Under the pieces are notes generated by a model. The model ran no database searches. It worked only from the letters and a program-made list of their open reading frames with translations, and was not told where the DNA came from. The translations under genes were made by a program, and so were the position numbers. DNA of 64,000 bases, from the NCBI RefSeq assembly GCF_030684315.1, contig NC_081377.1, forward strand, positions 21,080,001 to 21,144,000. The letters are read 5' to 3'. This stretch comes from Stegostoma tigrinum (lineage: Eukaryota). Of this stretch, positions 51,793 to 64,000 are shown piece by piece; within the stretch, counting starts at the first letter, position 1, and each line of letters opens with the position of its first letter.

Positions 51793-52599
51793 CTTGAAAA
51801 GATTAGACCAAGCAGGAATCAGTATGTTGTCCTAAACCTGTTCAGTTGTGCATTAAGTACATTCATCCATCTACAGTAAATTTTGATGCAGCAACTGTTG
51901 TGAGAAACTGCCCTTCACAGAGCACAAAGTACAGGTGGACAGTTGGTAAAGTGACTTCAACATATGCAATGGCAGAGGATTCGTCCTCTTTACTCATTCA
52001 CAGGATTGTGGACTTTGCTGGCTTAGCAATTTATTGCCCATAATTAATCCCCGAGAGAGTAGTTAAGAGTCAATCACATTCACATGTGAAATCATATGTA
52101 GGCCAAAACAGGTAAGGAAAACAGTTTCTTTGCATAAAGATGATTTCTGAACTAAATTGGCTTTTCCAACAATTGACAATGGTTTCATGGTCATCACTGG
52201 ATTCTTACCTCCAGATGTGTTATTGATTTCAAATTCCACCAGATACCACGGTGGGATTAGACCCTAGGTCCACAGAACATTACCCAGTTCTCTGGATTAA
52301 TAGCCCAGCTAAAATACCACTTGGCCATCGCCTGCCTCAGCCACCTATATGGTTAAAATGGGACATCAGAGAGTGGGTATAGGAAACAAATTTATAATTA
52401 TAAATATGTAGTGTAATCATGTTGCAAGAATCAGAAATAATCAATGTGTTTAAATTTACCCATAGAACCAATGTATTCCAGAACCAGACAGACCAGGAAA
52501 GTCTCAGATTCAACATAAGGTCTTTGTTCAACCAGTCAATCTCAGCTGATGCTGCAGTGAGCACTGTACTTCATTTGGAAAACAGTGTGACAGGATCGG

Positions 52600-53840
52600 A
52601 TAAAGCCAGCATGGATTTGTGAAAGGAAAATCATACGTGACAAGTCTCCTGATAATAGCTAGTAGAGTTGATAAGGGGGAGCAAGTGGAAGTGGTTTACT
52701 TGACTTTCAGAAGGCTTTTGATAAGGTCCCACATAACAGATTAACACATAAGATTAAAGCGTGTGGGATTGGCAGTGACATGGATTGAGAACTGATTGGA
52801 AGAGAGGAACAAAGAGTAGAAATAAATGTAATTTTCTGACTGGCAGTCAATGACAAGTGGTGAACCATAAAGATCAGTGCTTGGTGCCAGCTCTTCATAA
52901 TATACTTCATTTAGATGAGTGCTTGGTGCCAGCTATTCATAATATACTTCATTAAGTGCAATATCTCCAGATTTGCAAACAACACAATGCTGTGTGGGAG
53001 GATAAATGCAAGGAGGGTGCACAGATGTTACAGTGTGATTTGGACAAGTTGGATGAGTGAGCAAATGCATGACAGGTGAAATGTCATGTGGATAAATATG
53101 TAGTTATCCACTTTGGTAGCAAAAACAAGAAGGTATATATTATCCGAATGGTGACAAATTGGGAAAGGGGGAGGTACAACAAGACCTGGGTGTTCTTGTA
53201 TATAAGTCACTGAAAGTAAGCATGCAAGTGCAGCAGGTAGTAAAGAAGGCAAAAAATATATTGGGCTTCATGGCAAGAGGATTCAAGATTAGGAGCAGGG
53301 ATGACTTTCTGCAATTATACAAGCCTGATGATACCACACCTGAAGTATGCAGTTTTGGTCTCCTTATCTGAGGAATGATGGAGGCGCGGCAACAAAAGTT
53401 TACCAGATTGTTCTTGGGATGGCAGGGCTGACGGAGAGACAGGATAGGTTAGTGCTATATTCAGTGGAGTTTAGAAGATTAGGAGGGGGATATCATAGAA
53501 ACCATTTATAACTGGAACAGACAGGGTAAATGTCAGAAAGATGATTTCAATGATCTGGAAGTCCAAAACAAGGGGGTCACAGTTTAAGGATATGGGGTAG
53601 GCCAAGTAAGACAGAGATGAGGAGAAACTTCTTCACTCAGAAAGTGGTAAGCCCTTAGAATTCTTTTCCAAAACATTGCATGTTTTCAAAAAGGAGTTAG
53701 ACATAGTTCTTAAAGCCAGAGATCAAAGGATATTGGGAGAAAGTAGGAACAGAATACTTGTTTGGACAACAAATCGTGATCATATTGAATAGTGGAACAG
53801 GCTTGAAAGGCCAAATAGCCTATTCTTACTCCCATTTTCT
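52600..53840 (+). mobile_element. Decayed CR1 LINE (RT to 3' UTR), with internal 36-bp duplication at 52876-52953
   Basis: QHGFVKGKS, DFQKAFDKVPHNRL, QQDLGVLVYKSLKVSMQVQQVVKKA motifs. Confidence 0.88.
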
Positions 53841-54661
53841 GTTTTCACAACTGATTTCTTCATGATACACCAAAAAGGGGGATAGAGAATAGTGTCTTGA
53901 TATTAACAGAATTGGGAAGGATATGGAGGAGTCCAGGAATGTGTGAAGGAGGCCAGAAGCAAGGAACATGGAAGCCATGTTCAACTAAAGGCAGTGTTTC
54001 ACGTAGAAACAATTGTGTGACTTCTGCATGTAGATTGAGTTGCTGACTGGCAAGTGAGCATGTAAATTTAGTTACTGTCAAGACTTTTGGGAATGGTCCT
54101 CAATCATCAGTAGCTGGAGGTGAAGGAGAGACAGCTTCTTTTTCCAGTGATCAACCAAGGCAAGCACATACTGGAAAATTCCCAAAGTTCACAGGGATGG
54201 CAGGACTGTGGTGGCCCAAAGACTCCTCGCTAGACAATAGGGTGTTGAAATTAAGGCTTGGGATTTCCCATTCTATTCAGGCAGACTGAAGATCAAATTT
54301 GCGATTTTTGCAGTTGATAGGGTGTACAATGCAGTGCACTACCTACTGTGGTATCAGGAGGGTGAACATATACATTTCTATTATAAAAATTTAATTATAA
54401 AAGCTTTTTGGCTGCACTATCAAGATATTTGAAGTATTTTAAGATTTTCTATTTGTGCTTTTTATGCATTTCCATACTCTCTCACTTCTCAATGTTCAAA
54501 TTCTGCTGCTAGAAGCTCTCAAATATTGAAATTTTAACTTGAGCTCTGACTCTCGACAGCACAGTACATAGAACACATTGCTTTGCAATTACCATATTGT
54601 CCAGAAGTGAAGAACTGATACCATTTACAACGTAAGAGTGAAACTTTAAGTGTGAACTTAC

Positions 54662-54787
54662 TTTGGTTAAAGCATCAATCTCAACGTTAATGTCACAAAG
54701 AGTGTTCTCTAGAACATCTTTCCAGCGCTCCACTTCATCCATACGTTCAGCGAGTCTGGTGCTGTTATCTTCTTGATCCCATTTAGT
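54662..54787 (-). CDS. TEKT2: Tektin-2 coding exon 2 (126 nt)
   Basis: gtcacag|...|gtaagt; TKWDQEDNSTRLAERMDEVERWKDVLENTLCDINVEIDALTK. Confidence 0.95.
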
Positions 54788-56101
54788 CTGTGACAAAGAC
54801 TGAATGATCACTGCTCTTTTTGTTTAGTGCCGAAGTCTGAGTTTAGTCAAGACTTGGCAAAGTTATATAATTTCTTATTTATTCATTAAACCTTTAGAGC
54901 CAGCAAAGAACCTGGGCACTTCGTTTAGCGTTAATACAACAAAGGGAAGTAGAAACATGTATGACAGGGGAGCAAGGAAATGTCCGTAGAAACAGTACAA
55001 CATATTTGAATTGGTTTGAAGTTTACACTTATTCAACAGGTGGGCAGAGAGGAAAAAAATACACCTTTTAAAAAGTCTCCAGCAATGAGTAAAATCTGGA
55101 GAATGAAAATTAACATCCACAAGTGAAATGTCAATGTCAAAAAGCTTATTCAATAACTATCACACAACTATTGCAACCTTACACCATTCCATATGTTTCT
55201 CTTAATGAGATGCCTGTGTTACAAAGCTTCCAGATGAGCAAAGCAATCTGGAGTACAATGTTCACCTTTCTGACTTTAACTGCGCATGTACAGATGCTGA
55301 AAGTTACTTTCTAGTTTACTCCTTAAAGACTGGGAGTATTGATAGCCTCACACATTCTTGCACAGAATTCAGGGTATTATCTTCCTGGTGTTCAAACCTC
55401 CTGTGCCTTACATTTATTTAAAATTTGTTTTCAAAAAAGTTGTGTCATCCTCAAAATACCACATCACATAGGAACATAAAAATACAAGAAATAGGAGCAG
55501 GAATAGGCTACTCATCTCTTCCAGCCTCCCTTGCCATTCTATAAGATCACGGCTACTTTGTCCTCGGCTTCAATACCACTTTTGTGCCAGTTCCTCACAG
55601 CCCTCCTCGATATTTCAAAAATCTGTCCACCTCCTCTGTGAATACTTTCAGTGACCTAGCCCTCACAGGTCTCTGGGGTAGAGAATTCCAGAGATTCACT
55701 ACCCTCAGAAAAGAAATTACTTTGCATCTCAGTATCCTTTAATTCTGTAACCTTGTTCTCTCGTTCACTACTCCCCAGTGAGTGGAAACATCTCTAACAT
55801 ATCAAGCCCCCTCTAAAACATGTATGTTTCAAAAACATCACCTTTTATTTTTTCTAAGTCTAACACATATAGGCCTACCCTGATCAGCCATTCTTGATAG
55901 TCAAGAATTTCTGAAATTCATCTCAGAAATCAGCCAAGTGCATCTCTCTTGGGATTATTCAGTCTGTGCTTTTTTAAATTACAAATTAGACTGCCTCAAA
56001 TTTAGTTCCAATGAGCCACCCACAATCCATCAAAAATAAAAAATAATATTATAAATTTATTATCTACTAACAGTATGTTCAAATCTGGTTTTGATTCCTA
56101 C

Positions 56102-56257
56102 CTGGTTGTTGGTTTCATTCCGTAGAGCCCGACCTTCCTGGCGGATCTGATGGGACATATAACGCTGTCGTTCTGAATTGGTTGCGATCTGGTTATTGTT
56201 GGAGAACCAGTCTGGAACAGAATATCTCTGAGCTGCCTTTAAACTCAGAGTTGCCAT
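56102..56257 (-). CDS. TEKT2: Tektin-2 coding exon 1 (156 nt CDS; exon starts 56276)
   Basis: MATLSLKAAQRYSVPDWFSNNNQIATNSERQRYMSHQIRQEGRALRNETNNQ|gtagga, compare human MATLSVKPSRRFQLPDW...HQIRQEARVLRNETNNQ; strong Kozak AAAATGG; nine exons sum to 1293 nt (430 aa). Confidence 0.96.
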
Positions 56258-56629
56258 TTTGCCACTGTGATATCAACTGAAAAAGAACTTCAGAATTATT
56301 GAAAGGTTGACTAAGACTAAGCGCTTCTTTCTTATTGACTGTAGCTTTTTTTTTGAGCGAGTGCAAGTCATGTTGAGTTTAGCAAATTAAAACTTGCCAT
56401 AAAACTTGGCGAGTTTTCTTGCTGTGTCATACCAAATTTGCCACTATCATTGCGGATATTGACACAATGGGAAGTATAATATCTCATCTCTATTCCAACT
56501 TTCCATGTGCTGTTCCCAGCATCCGCCATAAGACCAAGGACTCTTGCAGCCATGTCATCTTTAAGAGCCTACAGTGCACCTTGAGAAGTGCTGACATCTG
56601 CCCTGCTCGTGACTGGTGACTGGGCAGAG

Positions 56630-56870
56630 ATGACTAACAAGGACAAGTTGGCATTGAAGTTCTACAACTGGGACCCAGAGATCCCAGTTGATGGGCTGGT
56701 GCACAGGACGTCCATCTTCCTGGAGAAAGGATGGAAAAAGCAGGCCATGTCAGACAACGTCTGTCTGGTCAGAGATTGGCACCCAGAACACTGCCCTGTC
56801 CAGGGTTTGGTGGACTGGTCAGCAGCGCTGGAAAAAGGTCAATGACCTTCTCTGTGCCACCAGAAACAGT
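56630..56870 (+). pseudogene. Frameshifted Myb/SANT-like domain remnant, probably from a PIF/Harbinger transposon
   Basis: KLALKFYNWDPEIPVDGLVHR.../...WSEIGTQNTALSRVWWTGQQRWKKVNDLL resembles the F...E...L / W..I......RT..QCRKK.NDL pattern. Confidence 0.5.
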
Positions 56871-57054
56871 GCCGTACTCTACTCTCTGTTACCTCACACA
56901 CACGCTATCTCTGTTGCTGCACTCACCTCTCACCAAGGCCTCTGCTCTGACACACCCTCTACTACATGTAACCCCTTCCTTCATTCACGCCCCAATCTTC
57001 CTGCATCACTAAACCTGCATCCACTCAGCACTGTCTCCTCATTCAGGATAACTT

Positions 57055-58690
57055 TTATTGCCCATCCCTAGTTACCCTTAAGAAGATGGTAGTGAGCTGC
57101 TTTCTTGAACTGCTGCAATTCATATTTTGTAGGTAGACGCACAATCTCTTAGGGATGGAGTTCCACGATTTTGATGCAGCGACAGTGAAGGAACAGTGAT
57201 ATATTTCTAAGCCATGATGGTAAGTGCCTTGGAGGAGTGGTCTTGCTGTCAAGGACTGTCACTCTCACCTCACCTCTGGAATTCAGCTCTTTTGTCCATA
57301 TCTGAACCAAGGCTGTAATGAGGTCAGGAGCTGAGTGGCCCTAGTGGAACCCAAACTAGACATCACTGAGGTTATTGCTGAGCAGGTGCTGCTTGACAGT
57401 GCTGTTGATGACACCTTCTATCACTTTACTGATGAATGAGAGTAGACTGATGGGACAGTAATTGGCCAGTTGGGATTTGCCCTGCTTTCAGGGTATAGGA
57501 TATACTTGGGGAATTTTCCACATTGCTGATAGATGCCAGCGTTGTAACCATACTGGGAAAGCTTGGTTAGGGAAGCAGCAAGTTCTGGTGTATGTCTTCA
57601 GTACATTGCCAGAATATTGTCAGGGCCCACAGCCTTTCAGTATCTAGTGCCCCAAACTGTTTCTTGATATCACATGGAGTGAATTGAATTGGCTGAAGAC
57701 TGGTGTTTCTAACACTGGGGATCTCAGGAGGAGGCCGAGATAAATCATTCACACAGCACTTCTGGCTGAAGATTGCTGTGAATGCTTCAGCCTTATCTTT
57801 GCACTGATGTGCTGGGCTCTTCCATCAACGAGGATAGGGGTATTTGTGGAGTTACTCCTCCAGTGAGGTGTCTAACTGTCCACCACCATTCATGACCGGT
57901 TGTGGCAGGACTGCAGAACCTGGATTTGATCTGTTCATTCTGGGATTGCTCAGCTTCGTCTATCACTTGTTGCTTATGCTGTTCGGCACACAAGTAATCC
58001 TGGAGGAACACAGCGGATCAGGCAGCATCAGAGGAACAGGAAAGTCAATGTTTTGGGTCGGGACCCTTCATCAGAACTGGCAAGGGTGAAGGGAACTGGG
58101 AAATAGATAGAGAGGAAGGATGGTGATAAATGGATGCAGGTGGGGATTGGTCAGTGGGGTGGGTGGGGCAGATAGGTGGGGAGGAAGATGAACAGGGTGC
58201 GTCAGGTCAAGGTGGCAGGAGGGAGGAGGAGTGGGGCTGGGTGAGGGGAGATAGAACATTATCACGGTGGATGCAAGCAGTCGGTAGCAGGGATTTGTCA
58301 GTGGGGCTGTGTCAGTAATGATAATCAGATGCTGATAACCTGATGCCACGAGATCTGGAGTCAATGTTGAGATGTCCCAGGGCAACTCTCTTTTGGCCAT
58401 ATACCATCGCACTGCCACATCTGCTGGGTCTGACCTGCACTGTGACAGGACATATCCAAGGATGGTGACACTGTCTGTAATGTAGGATTCTGTGAGTATG
58501 ACTATGCTTGATTAGTCTGTGAGACAACTCTCCTGATTACGGTACCAGCCCTCAGATATTAGTAGAGGACTTTGCAGGGTCGTCGGGGCTGTTATTGCCA
58601 TTGTCACTTCTGGTACCTAGATCAATGCCAGGTGGTCTGTCCAGTTTCATTTCTTTGTTGTGACTATGTAGCGATTGATGCAACTGAGTG
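57055..58690 (-). mobile_element. Decayed non-LTR retrotransposon with a nested Penelope pLTR (~58000-58313)
   Basis: Tail tttattgcccatccc (reverse complement of the shared tail); RT-like segments such as IQFTPCDIKKQFGALDT. Confidence 0.7.
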
Positions 58691-58830
58691 GCTGAGGGAA
58701 TGCCAGTTTTCTTCCCTGAAGGGCATCAGTGAACCAAATGGGGATTTCTGACATTTGACAATGGTTTCATGGTCAATTCCAGTTTTTTGCATATGTGATG
58801 TGGCGGGATTGGAACCCAAGTCCTCTGAAC

Positions 58831-58939
58831 TTTCTGTTCTGAAATTTCTGAAGAAGGGTCTAGGCCTGAAAAGTCAGCATTCCTGCTCCTCTGATGATGC
58901 TTGGCCTGCTATGTTCATCCAGCTCTACACCTTGTTATC
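58831..58939 (+). mobile_element. Family A pLTR fragment with hammerhead-like motif (58848-58875) inserted into a SINE
   Basis: CTGAAGAAGGGTCTAGGCCTGAAAAGTC...; flanked by ctgaac repeats. Confidence 0.7.
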
Positions 58940-59014
58940 CCCTGAACATTAGCTAAGTTTCTAGATTAATAGTCTAGCAATAGTGCCATTAGACCACTGC
59001 CGCCTCCTCAAGGA

Positions 59015-60180
59015 CGGAAGAGGTCCTTTGGCCCATCCAGTCTGTGCAGACCAGTCTGACTAATCCCAGTTTCCAGCACATCCCATAGCCACGAACATTA
59101 TGACATTCAAACACAAACATTTTAAAGATTGTAAGGTTTCCAGCCCTTTTCAGCAGTTCCTACCAGATTCTCCAGCAATCCTCTGCTGAAACATTTTCCT
59201 CAAATCCTTTTCAAACTTCCAACCCTGCATCTTAAAATTACGTCCCTTGTGATTGATCCTTCAACAAAGAGGAACTGCTCCTATCCTATCCACCCTGTCC
59301 ACGCCCCTCAATCTTACAGACCTCTTTTCAGGTCCCACCTCAGTCTTCTCTGCTCTAAAGAAAACAGCCGAAGTCTTTCCAGCCTCTTGACATAGCTAAA
59401 CTGCTCCAGCTTGGGCAGTATCTTGGCAAATCTCCTCTAGTACAATCACATCCTTCCTAAGTGTGGTAACCCAGAACTGTATAGAGTACTCCAGATGTAG
59501 CCTAACCAAAGTTCTGCATAACTCCAAGATAACCTCCCTGCTCTTATAATCTGTGCCACGTTCAATAAAGACAATTGTCACTATGACTTCTTAACTTACC
59601 TATTAACCTGTTCTGCCACATTCAGGGATCTGTGGACGAGTGCCCTGATCTCGTTGTACCTGAGCTTCCTAGTGTTTTGCCATTCATTGCGTACTCTCTT
59701 GTCTTGTTACTTCTTCCAAAGTGCATCGGCTCACATACTTACCAGGATTAAATTCCATCTGCCACTGATCTCACCAACCTGTTTATATCTTCCTATAGCC
59801 TGAGACTTTCTTTGGCAATTATACACATCATGAACAATAAGGGACCCAGCATTGATCCCTGTGGTATGCCAATAGACACCAGCCTCCAGTCACACAAACA
59901 GCCCATCTTGCTGAGTTACCCTCGGTCCCGTGTGGTTTTATTTAATTCTCCCACATCAGGTCTTGACATAGGCTTTGCAGAAATTCATATGAACTGACAT
60001 CAACTGTATTGCCTTCATCTAATGCCAGATTACCTCCTCAAAAATTTCCAATAAATTTGCTCGGCATAATCTCCCTCTGACAAAACCATGTTGACTATCC
60101 CTGATCAAATCTTACCTCACATCAGTGAAGATTAATTCTCTCCTTCAGCATTTTTTTTTCCAACAGTTTCCATCCCAATA
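59015..60180 (-). mobile_element. Decayed CR1 LINE
   Basis: KSREVILELCRTLVRLHLEYSIQFW; GIPQGSMLGPLLF-like motif. Confidence 0.85.
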
Positions 60181-62067
60181 TGAGAACGTGACTCCAGACT
60201 CACTTCAATATACTGATTCTTCAATGGCCTCTGAAATGCTCATTTGATGGGCAATTAGGGATGGACAGTAGAATACTGGCCTCGCCAGAGACATTCATAA
60301 AGTAATAGAAACAAATTCATTCTTTTGAACTCTAGAGATGACAGACCCAATTTACTCAAACTCTCATCAGAGGACAACCCAGGAACTAATCTACTGAAAA
60401 TCTTCACTGTTCTGCTTCAACAAAAAATGTATATTTCTTAAACATGGAAACAAAGTTTTGCACAATACTCGGTGTGGTCTCACCAAAACCCTGTATGTTT
60501 AGGAATGGGTAGGCCATTCAGACCATCAGGCCTGCTCGACTACTAAGTGAGTGATTGTCCAAGATGCTTCTTAGGAGAATTATGAAGTAAATTTTGCCAC
60601 AAAACCATATAAGGTAGTATTAGATCAGATGACCAAAACCTTTATCAAAAATGTGAATTTTAAGGAGTATCTAAATGGAGAAAATGAGTTGGAGGGAAGC
60701 AAGTTAGGGACAGAATTCCAGAACTTGATGCACAGTTAGGAATGGTGCAGCAACTAAAATCTGGAAAGCACAAGAGGCCAGGATTACATTAGCACAGATA
60801 CCTTTGAGAGTTGTAGAGCTGAAGGAGATTACAAGATGTTGCTTGACCAGGAGCCATTCTAAGTCCGTGAATACAGAGTTAACAGGTCTGAGTAAGTTAA
60901 GACATGGGCACAGTTTTGGATGACATCAAGCGTACAAATAGTAGAATCTGGTTTGCCAACCAAGAATGTATTGGAATCATTAAGTCTACAGATATTTAAG
61001 GCATAAATGAGGAAATCATCTGTAGATTATGAAACTCGGGAATGTTACAGAGGTGGAAATAGATGCTTTTAGTGATTGCATAAATAGGAGGCTGGAAGCT
61101 TGTCTCAGGATCAACTTGTCCATACTCCTTTTGCAATCTCTTTGTGCCCTCCTGATTTGTATTCTTGTCAAGCTTTGTATCACCATCAAATTGGGGACAT
61201 CACACTTGCTATTTTCTCTAAGATATTAATATAGACTGCAAAAAGTCAAAGCAACCAGAACATATCTTTGTGGCACTTCACTAGTTTCGGCCTGCCAACT
61301 TGATATTGTCTTGTTTATCTCTACTGTTTAATTTCCATGCATTAACCAGCTCTTCATCCATGCCAGCATATTATCCACAACTCCAGAAGCCCTTATCTTG
61401 AATGTAACTTTTATGGATGCCTTTCTGAAATTCACTAAGTTACATCTACTGCATTGTCTTTACTTACTAGTTACATCCACAAAGCCTTAATAAATTTCTT
61501 GAGCACAATGCCACTTTTGTAAAGCCATACTGACTTTGTCTGGTCATACTATGATTTTGAAATGCCACAGCACACAAGGCAACAGTCCAAATAATTTAAA
61601 CTTGGGTTAGAATAGATTGATGCTTGATGATAGCTGTGAACAGGATCGGCTGTGTGAAACTCACTAGTTTGGGCCTGACCTGGTTTCCATTCAGTATATT
61701 TCCAAACTAACTTTCTAGCACTAAATCCTAAAAAAAACAATGAAGGCCAGGAAGCCTGTTGGTTTTCCAATAGGAGTGGCTGCTATTGCATTGCCGTCTG
61801 GGGTGGGATCAGCTCATGCATGCCAATCGAGAGGCTTTTTGCTTTTTTCTCGATTGCAGCAGAATCTATGAGAATTTGTGTCTTGCTGTTTTAAAATATG
61901 AACATTTCCCAAAGTTTTACCATTATATTTTACTACACTAGTTGAAGGCGGCAATAGTATCACGTGAAGACTCGACTGCATGAAACGAGAATAAACGTTT
62001 CCACTACTTCAAATGCACACCAACAAAATGCACCATTTGGGTCGGGATTTGTGAGCCAGGCACTTAC

Positions 62068-62165
62068 CCACAACTGATGGGGTTTTTCTTCGACTTCTTC
62101 AGGGGAGTCTGGATCATGGGCTCGAGGCGCTGCCGAGCGTTCCACACGCTATCGCTAACACTATC
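62068..62165 (-). other. TEKT2: Probable 5' UTR first exon of TEKT2 (5' end approximate)
   Basis: Donor TGG|GTAAGT at 62068/62067 in a CpG-rich patch; nearest promoter-like region upstream of the exon with acceptor at 56276. Confidence 0.7.
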
Positions 62166-62168
62166 ACC

Positions 62169-62270
62169 GTTGCTCGGAAACCGGACCCTTCGCACCAATC
62201 AGAAAAAAACTGAACTTGAACAAACACAACCATGGCAACTGGAAGTGCTACAACCAGGCGGCGCCATTCA
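62169..62270 (-). promoter_or_regulatory. TEKT2: TEKT2 promoter: two RFX X-box-like motifs, CCAAT box, ETS-like site
   Basis: GTTGCTCGGAAAC 62169-62181; CCAATCAG 62195-62202; CAACCATGGCAAC 62227-62239; GGAAGT 62241-62246. Confidence 0.7.
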
Positions 62271-63583
62271 GAAATGCCCTGCATCAATAATTGACTGTTT
62301 TTGTTAAAATTGTATTGAAGAGAGAAGGTAGTCTTGGGGGAAAAAAATCAGTCAAGATCCCCTGAGTAAGACCATTCCCCCGCCCTTTGTTTCAGTCTTG
62401 ATTGACTTTGAACCCACAACGTTAAAAACGATTGAAACGTACTATGAAAAATAGAAACTGCTGGAAAAGCTCAGTAGTTCTGGCAGCATTTGTGGAGAGA
62501 AATCATACATACTGATTCGGGTAGAGTGAATCTTCCTCAGGGTCTCTCAAGCTCTCAGACTTTGCTTCTCGGTGCTTGGCGGTAGTTTCTCCCCACCAAA
62601 GCAAACAGCAAAAGGTGATGGAACTTAGATATTAGCATCGCCTACACCTCCGAGCCAGTTTTACAAAACGCAGTCGTTACCAAAAGTCATATTTCCACCT
62701 GAATGGCCTCATTCTTTACTGTATCATGCCACGATTCAGGAGTGCCTTCACCTTTCAGTTGTACAATTAAGTTAAGGCGGCTTTTCCTTGTCTGTAGTTT
62801 GGTTATCTGCCAGGTGGATCATTGGTGCTTTGGATTCAGCTTTCTCCTCTGCAAGCAACAGCTAGCTGTTCAGAGGTGTGGAAGTGTGCTACAGATCACT
62901 TTATTTCCATCCCATGCGTGATCAGGAATTACTTCCACACTTAGCACCTGCCATTGGCATGTGTTGGAAGGATTTGCCAACTTATTTATCTGCATTATGG
63001 CAGATGACAATAAAGAATTGGTACCTCAACAAAAATAGAAAGAAGATTTTATGTCAGCGATAAAGCATTGAAATGTGCCATTAAGCTCAACTAGTATACT
63101 CTAGTGTTTATGCTCCATTCAAGCCTTCTATCTGACTATTTCGTATGTAACCATCTGTTCCATTCTCCCTCAAATACTGGTTTATTTCCTTCTTAAATGC
63201 ATCATCCACTTTCATATTCTAATGACTCTGGGTAAAGATTTTCTCTGAATTCCTTACTGAGTTTCTTGGTGATCATCTCATATTGATGATCTCAGCTATG
63301 CCCCCCTCAAAACAGGAAACATTCTCTGTATATCCACTGTACCAGAACATTTTGTGATTGTAAAGACCTCAATGAGATCATCCCTCTGCTTCAGCAGGAG
63401 ACCCATCCTGTCAATCCTTTTCTGATATGAAAACTCATGCATTTTAATATAATCCTAATATTTTTCTGCTCCTCCCCAGTGCTTCAACATTCTTTCTACA
63501 CGGTGATTGTAACTCTATGTAGTACTTTAAAAGTGATAATAAGCAAATTTCAAGACAAGTTTTGCGCAACATATCAACTCTTC

Positions 63584-64000
63584 AGAGATAATGGGAACTG
63601 CAGATGCTGGAGAATCCAAGGGCCTAGACCCTTCATCAGAGAGGCAGATGGGGTGAGGGTTCTGGAATAAATGGGGAGGGGGGAGGCGGACCAAAGATGG
63701 AGAGAAAAGAAGATAGGTGGAGAGGAGAGTATAGGTGGGGAGGTAGGGAGGGGATAGGTCAGTCCAGGGAAGACGGACAGGTCAAGGAGGTGGGATGAGA
63801 TAGGAAATGGAGGTGCGGCTTGGGGTGGGAGGAAGGGATGGGTGAGAGGAAGAACAGGTTAGGGAGGCAGAGACAGACTGGGCTGGTTTTGGGATGCAGT
63901 GGGGGGAGGGGATGAGCTGGGCTGGTTGTGTGATGCAGTGGGGGCCAGCTATGCCTGCCTCTTTGTAGGTTACGTGGAACAGTCCCTCTTCCGCACCTAC
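63584..64000. mobile_element. 5'-truncated Penelope element: inverted pLTR (minus) joined to RT fragment (plus, from ~63943)
   Basis: SYACLFVGYVEQSLFRTY follows PLE RT motif B'; an inverted upstream pLTR is typical PLE architecture. Confidence 0.85.

Overview
Vertebrate genomic DNA, AT-rich and repeat-dense. The repeat content (tRNA-derived V-SINEs with a CR1 tail, CR1 LINEs, Penelope-like elements) suggests a cartilaginous fish; this is an inference. Three genes lie in tandem on the minus strand. (1) A complete TEKT2: nine coding exons at 56257->35668 (1293 nt, 430 aa), plus a probable non-coding exon 1 and an RFX X-box promoter near 62.1-62.3 kb. (2) A complete but divergent RBM24/RBM38-family RRM gene: four coding exons at 28429->14595 (591 nt, 196 aa), plus a 5' UTR exon. 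It may be a third ohnolog of the family. (3) The promoter and first exon of an unidentified gene near 4.8 kb. The rest is introns and intergenic DNA filled with decayed retroelements. The most striking non-genic signal is more than ten minimal hammerhead-ribozyme motifs (CUGANGA-stem II-GAAA-CG-UH) in three Penelope-related repeat families. They often sit in tail-to-tail palindromes, and one 63-nt insertion starts at the predicted cleavage site. Most listed ORFs are spurious or TE fragments. Exon boundaries were read by eye from splice signals and protein homology; comparisons to human proteins are from memory.
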